A program made the translations under genes and the position numbers. From the NCBI RefSeq assembly GCF_002571385.2, contig NW_019218050.1, forward strand, positions 276,333 to 340,332: DNA of 64,000 nucleotides, written 5' to 3'. Below the pieces are notes generated by a model. It saw only the letters and a program-made list of their open reading frames with translations. It was not told the DNA's origin and searched no databases. This DNA is from Stylophora pistillata. Lineage: Eukaryota. Positions 1 to 11,800 of this stretch are shown in pieces (within the stretch, counting starts at the first letter, position 1; each line of letters begins with the position of its first letter).

Positions 1-228
1 ATCTTTTGTAAATTAAGTATACATGTGTACATGAATAACAGCAAATTTGAAGGAAACAGTCCTCTTAAGTATTCTCACATAAACCTTAATGGGTAAACAA
101 AACATACAAGCTAAAAAGGTCTTTTGAGACAGGATTCTACAGGAATGAAGCACAGGAAATACATAAAATGCAGTCAGGAAACGGTGATCTGATCTTAAGG
201 AAAAAAATTAAGACATAATTGCACTCAC

Positions 229-702
229 CACAATCTCAACACCAAACATGATCCCATCATAAGGAGGAAGGGCGCCTTTGTAATGAACGATTGCATCCAC
301 ATTCTTCTTTAAATCATCCATCCACACAAGTACCTTACATCCTTCATTCTCCGTCAAAGCCCATCTCAGAAGATCCTGTCTGTCATTCACAATGCTACAT
401 CTTTTACTAAAGGATTGAACAGCCAGCAAAATTTGAGCGTCTTCTAATGAGATAACTTGTAACTCTTCTTTAGGACAATCGACCTCCAGACACTTTTGCT
501 TCAGACCACGTAAAGCTATCTTCTCACTGTCTTGAGCGGGTTGTTCGTCTACTGAACGAGCTTCAAATAATTCGCCTTTCAAGGCTATCGGAGGTTGCGT
601 TCCGTAGACGTAATTCGACAACATTCCCCACAGTACACCAGAATCTTGGGTCGAGGGGTCTTCCAAATCGCGAAGGAGAATGAAATTATTCCTCTTTTCC
701 AT
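229..702 (-). CDS. CYLD: First coding exon of a CYLD-like ubiquitin C-terminal hydrolase (N-terminal segment plus start of CAP-Gly 1); gene continues off the left edge
   Basis: ATG at 702. Translation ends 'VLVWMDDLKKNVDAIVHYKGALPPYDGIMFGVEIV', matching the CYLD CAP-Gly1 pattern (recalled human 'GVVRFRGPL..GIFFGVELL'). Phase-0 donor GTGAGT at 228. The USP domain is outside the window. Confidence 0.75.
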
Positions 703-1125
703 CTTTCAGACGGTAATTTCCGCGCCCACAAAATTCGAAATAAACCACCACGCCCTTACTATAAATATTATTTCATAGCAATAAAAAGTCAGCGGAAGAT
801 GATGATGAAACTGAAATGATGACGAGGTAGGATTCTTTTACGATGAAGTTGCAGCCGTGGGAGTAGAAAAGACTTTGAGATCTCGCAAAAAACGTATACC
901 TTTTCCCATTAAAACTCTCCCAAGGTGAAAAATAAATGAAAGCAAGGCTCTAAAATACTTGGACTATTAGCAGACGTCGGGGAAATTAGAACGCACAGCT
1001 AAGTCCCGCCTTCGTCACTCCTTCCGCCATGATGCAAATATTAACCGTGAGAGATCTGGGGAGAAAAACAAAAATATTCAAGATGGCGCTGGTGCGAACA
1101 GGACCTTGACTATCCTTCCAGGTAT
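703..1125. promoter_or_regulatory. Probable bidirectional promoter between CYLD-like gene and kinase gene K1
   Basis: CpG-richer stretch. YY1-like CAAGATGGCG at 1079-1088 followed by a candidate donor CAG|GTATCC at 1122. The genes diverge. Confidence 0.4.
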
Positions 1126-2316
1126 CCTGATATATATTTTGTTTATATACTTAATATACTTTTTGTTTTGTTTTTTTCGGTAAAAGATTTCGTTTGATTG
1201 TACCTTTCACTTAGAGCATCTGAAATTACAAAGTTTTTACCTCAATCTTTCTGTTCTCACCTTTCCGGTTTGTTCCCCCTGAATTTCGAGTTTGTCTCAG
1301 GGTATCTACAAAATTCACCGCTTCAGTAAAGTTCAAACACCATATTATTATACAAATTCAAGTGAGTGGTCTTAATCTTTCAAGTTTTGAGAGATTCGCG
1401 TACGATCTCGTAAAATCAAATACCGAGGATTGGGTGCAAACTTGGCAGACTTTTTGTAAAGAGGTAAACGCATGGTTTGTGCGAACTGTAACAAGAGGGT
1501 GGGGGGGGGGGGGGAGGTTAGGAGAATCCCTAGCTGCCATTTATTCTACCCCCTTCATGGCTCATATGTTCTTGGGAGTTATAGTCTATGTTAAACCAAA
1601 GTCTTTCACACACTTGTCACAAATATACTAAAGACACATTAAGTGATATGACTTTCAGCCTGTAGACTTAAATACGTTTTGCAGAGATGTCAACCACTGG
1701 AAATCTGAGATCTGGAAACGTTTTTTATTAAAACATCTGCAAACTCAAACCCCAAAATTTAAGACTGACTGCTGTGTCCCACATAGTGATTGTCAGTAGC
1801 TGGATACCCAAATTCCAGATCGAAAACCTGGTTAAGTTTTAATGAAGATGTATATCCTTTTAGTTTTTATCTGGCCGTAACTCTGCAAGGTATGGAAACT
1901 TGTTCATAGGAGTGTGGGTGGATCATTTTGTATGCGATGGACTTTGGAATAATCCAGAAGGGTTGGAATCTGTGTTTCCAGAACCCCTATTCCCCCTTTC
2001 AGTGTTTGTCTTTGGAAATTCTGTCTCAGATATGTCGTAGGATTGTTAAAGCCTTGTTCCTTTCCAAATGGGATAGACAATATGCATAAAGAAAAACATT
2101 TTTGACTCAGAATGTAGATCATTTGGTGAATATTTTTCAAATACCATAAACTCTTTCAAGGAATGAGGACTCTCTTGGGTATAATTATTTCTGTCAATCA
2201 TTGTTTTGCCACCTTCTCCTCTGTAGCTTGTGACAAATTGCAAGGGGTTATCATCTTGGAGTAAGATGTTGGTAGAAACTGAAAATCAATATACAGATAT
2301 ATAGTAAATATTCACA

Positions 2317-4831
2317 ATGCCCAGAGGTTGGCGTGACATCAACAAACCTGACACAGCTGATTCTCAAAGGGGACGACAAAGGCTATCTCCCCGGAGGAAA
2401 AAGTCATGGGAAAAAGAAACTTTTACTCCTTCAGCTACTTCTTGTGACTTTGAGCAAAGAATTGGTGGCACTGCAAATGCTACAACATTGCTCAATAAGA
2501 GACTCCATACAGAAGTTCTTTCAAACTTAAGAGGGACCTTAGATCCAATTGACATCCCCAACACATATTCACCTATTAATCTACAAAAAGATACATCACC
2601 AACATCAAACAGTCTTCAGGGTATCACTCCACTTATATCCAGTAGTTCCTCAAACTCTGGTAAAAAAGTACTTAGCCCAAGTAGTCCAAAACCGCAGGGG
2701 CTTATTCCATTGTTAGCAGGGTCACCTAATAATGTGGACTTGGTAGGATCTGTTGCACGACCATCAACAACCCCACAGTGGATGCAGTATTTAAGTAATC
2801 AAAGTGTTGGTGGAAAGGAACAAGATTTAAACTCAGGTTTGTTATTAAGTCTTCCAGATTTTTATCCATGGTAATTAATAGGAGCTCTCACATCTGTTTC
2901 TGTGGTAAGAGTGTTCCCCTGGTCCGGTGATATTTTCTCCTTTTTTCCCATGGATAATGTGTAATGTCATTGTGTGTAATTGTGGTCATGATAGGTTTGA
3001 TCATTGCAAATAAAGTTGATAACATTTACTATTTAGGATATGCATTTTAGTTGTCCTATCATAAATATATATGTTTTTAACCAAGTTTGGTTGTTTTTTT
3101 TATTTCGTTCTTTTTTTTTTTTTATGGACAGATTAGGTGTACACAGGGTTGATAAAATGTCAAATAAGAAAAACAAACAAACAAATAAGGATACAAACAA
3201 ACTTAACCAAACAAATTAAAACATAAACAAGAAACCAAGAACATTGTTCAGTAATCTTGAGTAAACAAGCTTAGGCAATAAACAATTTCCCACATTGCCA
3301 AAATGTTGGCAATGGTCTAAGATACCATCGGGGGGGGGGGGGTGGATAGCATTACACTTAGCTCTCCACCCATGTCTTTGTAGTGTTAGCAATCAATGTT
3401 TAATTTTCAGGGTGAGCTGGTTCCCACATTTCTTACTCATTTTATGGGTAATTTTTAGTTGGGGTTCACCTGCAGCCTTATTAAAGAGGAAGGTCTCCAA
3501 GGGACTATGTGGTTGTTATGAAGCAAGAGGCAAATCCTCATTTTATTTTATGAATCACAGGTACTTCCTCTGGACTTCAGTATTTAGAAGAAGAGATTGA
3601 AAAACTTCAGTTTGAACAAAGTAAATGGGGGAAAGAAAGAAATGTCTTAGTAACAGAGCTAGAAGGCCTTCAAGAGGAATTTGAGATGACAAAGCAAGCA
3701 AAAGAAGAAGCTGAACAAAGAATTACCAGCTTGGAGGGAGAATTAAGAATCAAAGATGAACATGTGAATGAACTGCAACAAACTTTAAACACAGTTCAAC
3801 AAGCACTAGAGGAGTGCAGACAAAAAGAGTCCTGTGATTGGGCTATATCACGGGATGAGATTCACATGACAGATACCTGCCTTGGNNNNNNNNNNNNNNG
3901 CTGGGAAAATTTAGAGGCTGCAAAGTTGCTGTGAAGCAGATCCATGAATTGATACTTTCTCCACATAACCGACGTCTGTTTGAGCGTGAAATGAACATTG
4001 CCTCAAGATGCCGCCATCCTTGCTTGCTACAATTTATAGGGGCAACAAATGATGAAGGAAGTCCGTTGTTTGTAACAGAGCTCCTGGAATCTAGTTTACG
4101 AACACTACTAGAGCAGCAACCTCTCCCTGCTTCAGATATCTCTATTTTATCCGTCGACATAGCGCAAGCACTTAATTACTTACATTTGAGCAAACCTCCC
4201 ATTATCCACCGTGACATCAGCAGTGCGAATGTGTTGCTATGGCGACAAGGCGAGCAATGGCGAGGTAAGGTTTCAGATTACGGAACTGCTAACTTTATGC
4301 AACAGACCATGACAGTTGCCCCTGGTGCCATGATATACAGTGCGCCTGAAGCACTCACTTCAAATCAGACAATCAAGGTTAGTTGATGTGTGTTCATTAA
4401 TCAAAGTACTGAATTAGACTTACTTTGAGCAAGATCTCTGTTATGAATTGCTCCAACGTAGAAATATACCGGTTTTCTTAGCCATTTTACGACTGTAATA
4501 GTTTACTAATAAAACTATTTGTTTCATGACCTTAACGGTGCCCACCTTGCAAAGTAAAGGAAAATAGAACGACTGTTTTTTCTGCAATAAATCTAAGATA
4601 TTCTTCTTAATTTTTTGCTCTTTGTATCCTTTTCAGATCGATGTGTACAGTTTTGGAGTTCTTCTTTGTGAAATGTGTATACGGGAACTACCAGATCCTC
4701 AGAATCGCAAAGAGCAAGTGGCCATGGTAGCGAATCACGTGTTACGAGGTTTGATACGGCGCTCTGTTCAGACGGACCCAAAGGAAAGACCAAGTATGCA
4801 TGAGATTATCGAGAATTTGGAATCGTCCTAG
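2317..4831 (+). CDS. Kinase K1: S/P/T-rich N-terminus, coiled coil, TKL-type kinase; exons 2317-2836, 3561-4377, 4637-4831
   Basis: Phase-compatible GT-AG junctions (phase 1, then 0). Motifs VAVK, RCRHPCLLQFIG, HRDISSANVLL, VSDYG, YSAPE, IDVYSFG. A 14-N gap at 3886-3899 hides the Gly loop and causes the apparent frame change. Exon 1 is the least certain. Confidence 0.85.
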
Positions 4832-4999
4832 CTCTTTGAACGGAAATAAGAAAAAAAAAGGTTTACTATTTTTTCTATCCACACAGTATACATTTTAATC
4901 AAATTTTAGTTACAGAGAAGTCGAGTAAAAATAGAACTCTAAATTACTGTAGAAATTAGATCGCAGTACACTGTTTGGTTAGGTTTGTCATGTATTGAC

Positions 5000-7900
5000 C
5001 ATCCTCGGAGACCCAGGGGCTGTCGGTCGATTTCAAGTTAGGGCATGAAGAGCCCCTGGGGACATTGTCTTACAAGACTAGTTCCAAACGGTCGCAGTCG
5101 TTCTGCCATCTGATTGGAGCCAGAAAATCTTTGTGTTTTTCTGTCCAATCAGAGTGAAGTGTGCTTTAGAGTCCTTTCGTGTGTTTTAACACGGACATAT
5201 ACTAGTAGCTCAGTTGCTCACTATGTTTGTTTGGACCGTGCGACGGAGATTTGAGAAATCAATCAGATTGTCCGCGAAAATCTTACCGGAAATTATACTG
5301 AATACTTTCGCAGGTATCACTTGAGAACGTGTTTTAAAGTTTGCGAGGTTTCTCTACAGCACGATGGTTGCAGTCATTGATATGTCGCTTTAAACATTAA
5401 ACGAGATTTAAGCTTAAATCTTTCTAGATTTTTTGCATAATTTGCTAAGACTGAAACTTTGCCAATCCTGTGAAGTTATTTCGTCGCACGGGCCACGCAG
5501 GTATGTCGAGCAACTGGCGCTTTCGCCTACGTAGCTTTCTGCTTTCTGTGCGCACCAAAATCTAATCTTCGCTTTGTAGTAAAGTCGTTCACAATACGGC
5601 CAAGGTTGCAGAGAACGTTAAGTTGCACCTGNNNNNNNNNNNNNNNNNNNNNNNNNNNNNNNNNNNNNNNNNNNNNNNNNNNNNNNNNNNNNNNNNNNNN
5701 NNNNNNNNNNNNNNNNNNNNNNNNNNNNNNNNNNNNNNNNNNNNNNNNNNNNNNNNNNNNNNNNNNNNNNNNNNNNNNNNNNNNNNNNNNNNNNNNNNNN
5801 NNNNNNNNNNNNNNNNNNNNNNNNNNNNNNNNNNNNNNNNNNNNNNNNNNNNNNNNNNNNNNNNNNNNNNNNNNNNNNNNNNNNNNNNNNNNNNNNNNNN
5901 NNNNNNNNNNNNNNNNNNNNNNNNNNNNNNNNNNNNNNNNNNNNNNNNNNNNNNNNNNNNNNNNNNNNNNCAGAAAATCAAAGCAGAGATGTTGCAGTTT
6001 CATTTCCATGATAGAATCATACAACACCAAAAAGGAAGATACATCCATGAAATAAATCTTCAAAGAAGAAACTATTTCCTTCCAGCAATCTGCTGCATAT
6101 TGCGGTTTCATGATAATCTCTTTGTGAGCGATCTCTGTAACCAATTCTCTGATATTGTCATTTGTGACTTGTCTCTTACAGTCAAATGTGGAAAGAAATT
6201 CAAGTAGCTCATCATCATCGGGCTGAATACTCTGGCTTAAACATTTACCTATAACATCAGCCTCAGACCTTGATACATAATTCTGAAATGAACTCATCAA
6301 CATCCCATCAGTCACACTCTCTTCTCCAAAAAGACAAGCCACTAAAAAGGACTTACTAATCTTCACAGGGAAATATTGACAATCTTTATATCCCTTAACT
6401 ATGATTCTAGCAACTGCTTCAAACTTGTTTCTGTTGAAGTCATGACAGATATATGGGACTCTTTCAATTTCACCTAGCATATGAGATTCATAACAATCTT
6501 TCCAAAAAAGTGAAAATATTTCCCGTAATGGTCCAGTCCCTGCCCCAGATTCTTCATTACCTTGCTGATTAATAATAATGACAGATAAAGTGTATTTTAA
6601 GATCGACTCATCAGAAAATATATCTAGCATATCTTGCCTGACTAACGATCTATGAACCCTTATTATTTTAATAGGTTGTTCCGTTACAGGCACTTCTGTG
6701 TTGTGTGTGCTATTCATCAGACTGTCTTCATCAACCATCACGACATCTTCCACCTTTTGTTCAGCAACCTATTGCAGATAGATTTAGAGTCTACTGTTAT
6801 TTATGTAGAAAAAAACTGAGGTAAACACTAGCTGACATGTAGTGTACACTACACAAAGCTAAACCAAAACAAAAACAAACAAAATCTGAATTCGAACATC
6901 TCATGGTTCTTTGAAACGAGGTTTGCTCAAGTGCGACTGAGCCCCAATAGTGGAGTATTTGACAAAAGAAACCTCTGGTATGGTTGAGGATTTGAATTTT
7001 CGAAAATGTTAAATTCCCAGGGGGGCCATGGGCACTGCAGGATTTGACTCGTATGTAATTAACATAGCAATGAAAACTAACTTAATTGTAACTGAAGATA
7101 AGCTTAATAAATTGCACTCCTGCATGGTATTCCACAGTCCAATTCATCAGCAAAAAGCAACCAAGAAGATAGAGCCATCCCAACTGTTTATGAACACACA
7201 AGGTATTACCATCATAATTGAAAACTATGTTACAAAATGACAATGCTTACCTCACTTTCTTCACTAATCACTTCTTTGTCACCCTGATCAATCTGTTCTT
7301 TGGGAGGTTCCTCGACAACATTTTTTCCAGTAATGTTGTCTTGGTCACCAGATGCACCTGGTTGTGCATCAAAAGGTACACAAACATCTAAGTGCTGCCG
7401 GAGCTCATTCATTGGGAAAAATTTGTAGCATTGCTGACAAAACTCATCAGGAACGGACATTTTAGCTGGGATGACAACATCGTCAATATCCAGGTTTGAC
7501 TGTATGCCTGCTGATAGCTTTCTGTTTTCTGTGCGCGCCAAAATCTAATCTTAGTAGTAAAGACAATACGGCCAAGGTTGCAGAGAACGTTGAGTTCGTG
7601 GACGACCTCCAGCAAGTGCTAAGAGAAAGCTTAGCTGTGTTTCCGGTTAGCTAATTAAAATCTGAACAAAAACTTATTAACGAGAACATCGTGGGAAGGA
7701 GAGATGTTTTCGGGCAGTTACCGAAGGGGTTTGGAAAGAGTTTAATCTTTCAACTGCTGTCTAGAGTGTTGAAATTCTTGAGCTAGGAAGGCCACGGATT
7801 CTCTTCTAGTCCCTTGGTCATTGTCATTTCACCTCTTCTGTCGATTGTTGAAGACCAAGTTAAATACCTTTGATCATTGGGAATCGATCCGATGCTGTTT

Positions 7901-8652
7901 TCAATGGGAAAAACAAAACCAAAGACCAAGAAATATTGGATGGAAAGGGCGGGTTTGCTTTATTGCAAATGTCAGCTTAGTAGTACAGGGTCATCTACCC
8001 ACATCTAATAAGCAAAAGTTTCCACGCTTAGCTTTTCTTTTTTTTCAAGCGAAGATGAGATTTGATTTTGGCACGCACAGAAAGTTGCGCAATTACCAGT
8101 TGCTCGACATATCTACGTGGCCCGTGCGACGAAATAACTTCACGGGATTGGCAAAGTTTCAGTCACAGCAAATTATGCAAAAAATCTAGAAAGATTTAAG
8201 CTTAAATCTCGTTTAACGTTTAAAGCGACACGTCAATGACTGCAACCATCGTGTTGTATACAAACCTCGCAAACTTTAAAACACGTTCTATGGTGATACC
8301 TGCGAAAGTATTCACTATAATTTCCGGTAAGATTTTCGCGGACAATCTGATCGATTTCTCTTACATTGTGTGCTGAGACTGAAACTTTTCACCTCAAGCA
8401 AATCTCCGTCACACGGTCCAAACAAACATAGTGAGCAACTGAGCTACTAGAGTATGTCCGTGTTAAAACACACGAAAGGACTCTAAAACACACTTCACTC
8501 TAATTGGGCAGAAAAACACAAAGATTTTCTGGCACCAATCAGATGGCAGAACGACTGCGACCATTTGGAACTAGTCTTGTAAGACAATGTCCCCAGGGGC
8601 TCTTCATGCCCTAACTTGAAATCGACCGACAGCCCCTGGGTCTCCGAGGATG
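5000..8652. mobile_element. Non-autonomous AcademH-like DNA transposon with ~550-bp TIRs and 9-bp TSD
   Basis: Starts CATCCTCGGAGACCCAGGGG and ends CCCCTGGGTCTCCGAGGATG. TGTATTGAC on both sides (4991-4999, 8653-8661). Degenerate RecQ-like helicase motif I 'DVFGQLPKGFGKSL' near 7700-7750. Confidence 0.8.
5971..7510 (-). pseudogene. Fragment of a G2E3-like HECT E3 ligase with a UBZ-like zinc finger, inside the transposon
   Basis: Exon ending at 7251 (CQQCYKFFPMNELRQHLDVC) splices in frame to an exon starting at 6768 ('IRVHRSLVRQDM..EESGAGTGPLREIFSLFW..'), typical of a HECT N-lobe. Truncated near the N gap; catalytic Cys lobe not seen. Confidence 0.65.
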
Positions 8653-8669
8653 TGTATTGACAGACGTGC

Positions 8670-8884
8670 CGTTCGAGTTATCGAGGGCAAAAATATACAG
8701 AGAGTGACCTGAAGAGAAACGACAATTGCTTCGAGTTAGCGGGATGTTCGAGTTATCGAGGGTTTAAGTTGCCGAGGGTAAAACTGTAGTAAATGTGTGA
8801 CGGAAATCTAGGGGAAATCAATTTTGGTTTGAGTTAGCGCGAGATTTTAGTAACTGAGGGTTTGAGTTATCGAGAGTTGACTGT
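8670..8884. mobile_element. Partial MITE with TTCGAGTTATCGAG subterminal repeats
   Basis: Several copies or variants of ttcgagttatcgag, ending GAGAGTTGACTG; only one clear terminus. Confidence 0.5.
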
Positions 8885-11800
8885 TAAAGGCCCACGGTGG
8901 GCCCTGAAACCTGAAGATCATTATCAGTTGAAATACCCTAATCAGACTTCGAAGCGAACAGGAAACTGCCCGCACAAGATATAAACGTCCCACATAAAGA
9001 ATCAAAACTAGATATTTGCAATGTTCAAATTTGTTCTACTTCCGAGAAACTTCTTGTTTTCCAATGAGTAAAACTGTCTGATTGGAATCTGCGACACATC
9101 GTGCTCAAGGGCACGTAGTAATAGTGGTGAGGGGTTGTGTTACGCGTTGATTCATTTAGAAACGTCCGGGTTAATTACTTCCTAAGTCTTCTCCTTTACG
9201 TGACGGTTTTTTTTTTACAAAAAAAGACGCCCGTGTGCATTTGCTGAGGCACTAGTAATGGTAACATCTTGGGAAAGTTTTTCCTAGGTTTTCACTCATA
9301 ACTTACAAATCTTACCTAAGTAGCGAAGTAGTACCTAAGTAGTGTCACTGTCATGGTGATCAGAATCCTTAGATGCTAATTTTTTTTTGGAAAGGTTTCT
9401 TATTTCCTTATTGCTGTCAACAGGTCAAGACTTCCTGCCAATCATTATATTTCATTAGCAGCCTAAACAAGAGCCCTTATTGGTGCATTTCGTTGGAACT
9501 CAATCAAGGGCGGAGAACAGGGGTCCCTTAGGGTGCACGCGATCCCCTTTGTCACCGCTCCCCCTCGTTTAGAATAAGGTCTAATTCGTAAGAACAAAAC
9601 AATCGGATATACCAGCAAGTCGCTGATGTAGAATCCTTCTATTTGTAATCTATCTTTACCTCTTAAAAACGTTTTCTGAAATATATTACCATTAATGACT
9701 AATCGAGCTAGGTACAAACCAAATAGTTTGCTGTCTGACTCTCCCAATAGCGAACTGTCAACTTTTGATGACATTGTACATAAGATTGTCATAAGATTGT
9801 CACAGAACGCTAAAAACAGCGCCCTTCATTAGACGCGCGTCATATTTCTTCTCCCTACGCGTATCATGTAAATTTGAAAACAATCAACTGCACCGTTACC
9901 TTTTACAAAAGTAAGAACGAATCAAGAAAGAGGAACGATAAATACTACATAACTCTCGAGCCACTACAAGAACATACTCTTCATAAGCGACTGGGATTCT
10001 GAAAAGTTGGAAACGAAACTGAGAGGAAGATCTATACTTTTGCAAGATTAATCTGCAAAAATGTATGATCCGGCTGATTTGGAAGGAGGATTTCGCCCAA
10101 ACAGGGATTCAGAAAGCCGAGAAGCGGTGGAGTCTTCTGATGCTAAAGCCATACAGTTTTCGGAGACAACTTTTCTAGAGAAAAGAGGATATAGGTCACT
10201 CTCGCACTCCGACGAACAAGGCCAAGATGAAAGAAAGGTTAGGTTACTTTATTAATCAGGCGAAGAATGCGAATTTGAAATGTAGGTTTCAGTGATACCC
10301 AAAAGAAAAATGAAACAGTAAGTTTTCACTATTTTATAACTTTTATATCAGTCGGATTGAAACGTTTATAACGGTGTTTAGCATCGGTTGGATATATTCA
10401 GCTGTCTCATTTTTGGTCTTAAAGTTCTTATCAAAATACGTCATGAAACGACATTATAAAGCTGAATACCCCAGATTCCAAATGTTGAGAGGTTGTGCGC
10501 GTCCTCCGGTTTACAACAGAAAAAAAAGACCTTCCGTCGCCTTACCGTAAATTGCTGTAAACAATGACCGGTTATTCATCTGCCGTTTGAGTTAGATAAA
10601 ATAAGATTTTCAAGGGTGTTCGTGACACAGTTTTTGCTTTCAAGACAGCCAAAAACATATATAAGCCATTCATGTATTCAGCCCTCATAAAATTATGAGC
10701 GGTTGCAAGTTTTCCCATCTGCCAGTTTGTTGGGCCGTGCAATTCGTGGTCAATAATTAATTACAATTACATTACCATTAATTCATGGTCATTCAGTCGT
10801 AATGTAAACTTCATTTTCATGAAGCTAATTTTACTAACAATTTAAGATCTGCTGAAGGTTCGTGCCGACACAGTCTACTTGAGATGGAGTTTCGGGGTGT
10901 CCTTACTTAATTTAAGACCATGTTCACTTTGATCTGATGCTTTCAAGTCTAATAACAGGTCTATCAAGTTTTGACCAATCACAATAAAGTTGAGAACACG
11001 GGAGTAAACCTCAGAACTGCATACTAATTAACGTGTGTCTGCAGTTTAATTTGGCTTTGTTTTTAAATGACAGACTTATTCATCCAATTATCGAACCTAG
11101 CCTTATTGTAAGGGAAGAGAGCACAGATTGCAAGTCACAAATCATTATTAGAATGGATAGTACATGTAATAATCATAATGGTAATGATAATAAATCATGT
11201 TCGGTCCGTAATCATACTAGTGATTACAAAATGATTGCACGTGATTGAACACAGGTGTGATCGGTGCATCTTAGAATTTGGAAGAAAAAATTTTTGTTGA
11301 ATAGAGCATTTTACCGTTTAAATCTGCGAATTATGCTTAGTAGATCTGATAATATAATTTTTGCAGTTCTTGCCGTGACACTCTAAAAGACGATGACAAT
11401 CTCAAGTGGCATCCACCGAACCAGAATTTGAATCAAAACTTTTCTAAGCAGAAATGTCTCAATTGATGTGATCTGCACATCATGTAAATTTGGAGGGAAT
11501 TTTATTAAGAGAACATTTTACCGTTTGAATCAGCGACTCGACTCATACCCAAAACAACTAAATATTTGCGTAGCGAGAAAGTTGCGAAATACGATACCTT
11601 GAGTTGACAGGGTGACCCTATTTAATGAAAGGATGGAACGGCGGATAGGCGGAATGGCGAAGTATCTTAACGCACGGATTAACAGAATATTAAAAAACGA
11701 AGAATACTTTGTTGTATGAAACAATTCTCACACAAATGGAATTACAACAAAACAAGAAAATTGTTTAGCACTTATTCGGTAAACAATCCTCGAGACGAAG

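Noticed and set aside
3843-4160. Antisense ORFs over kinase exons (also 18382-18564, 49704-50039)
   Set aside because: Shadows of the conserved sense-strand coding sequence.
5589-6207. Long ORFs across the N run
   Set aside because: Artefacts of the assembly gap.
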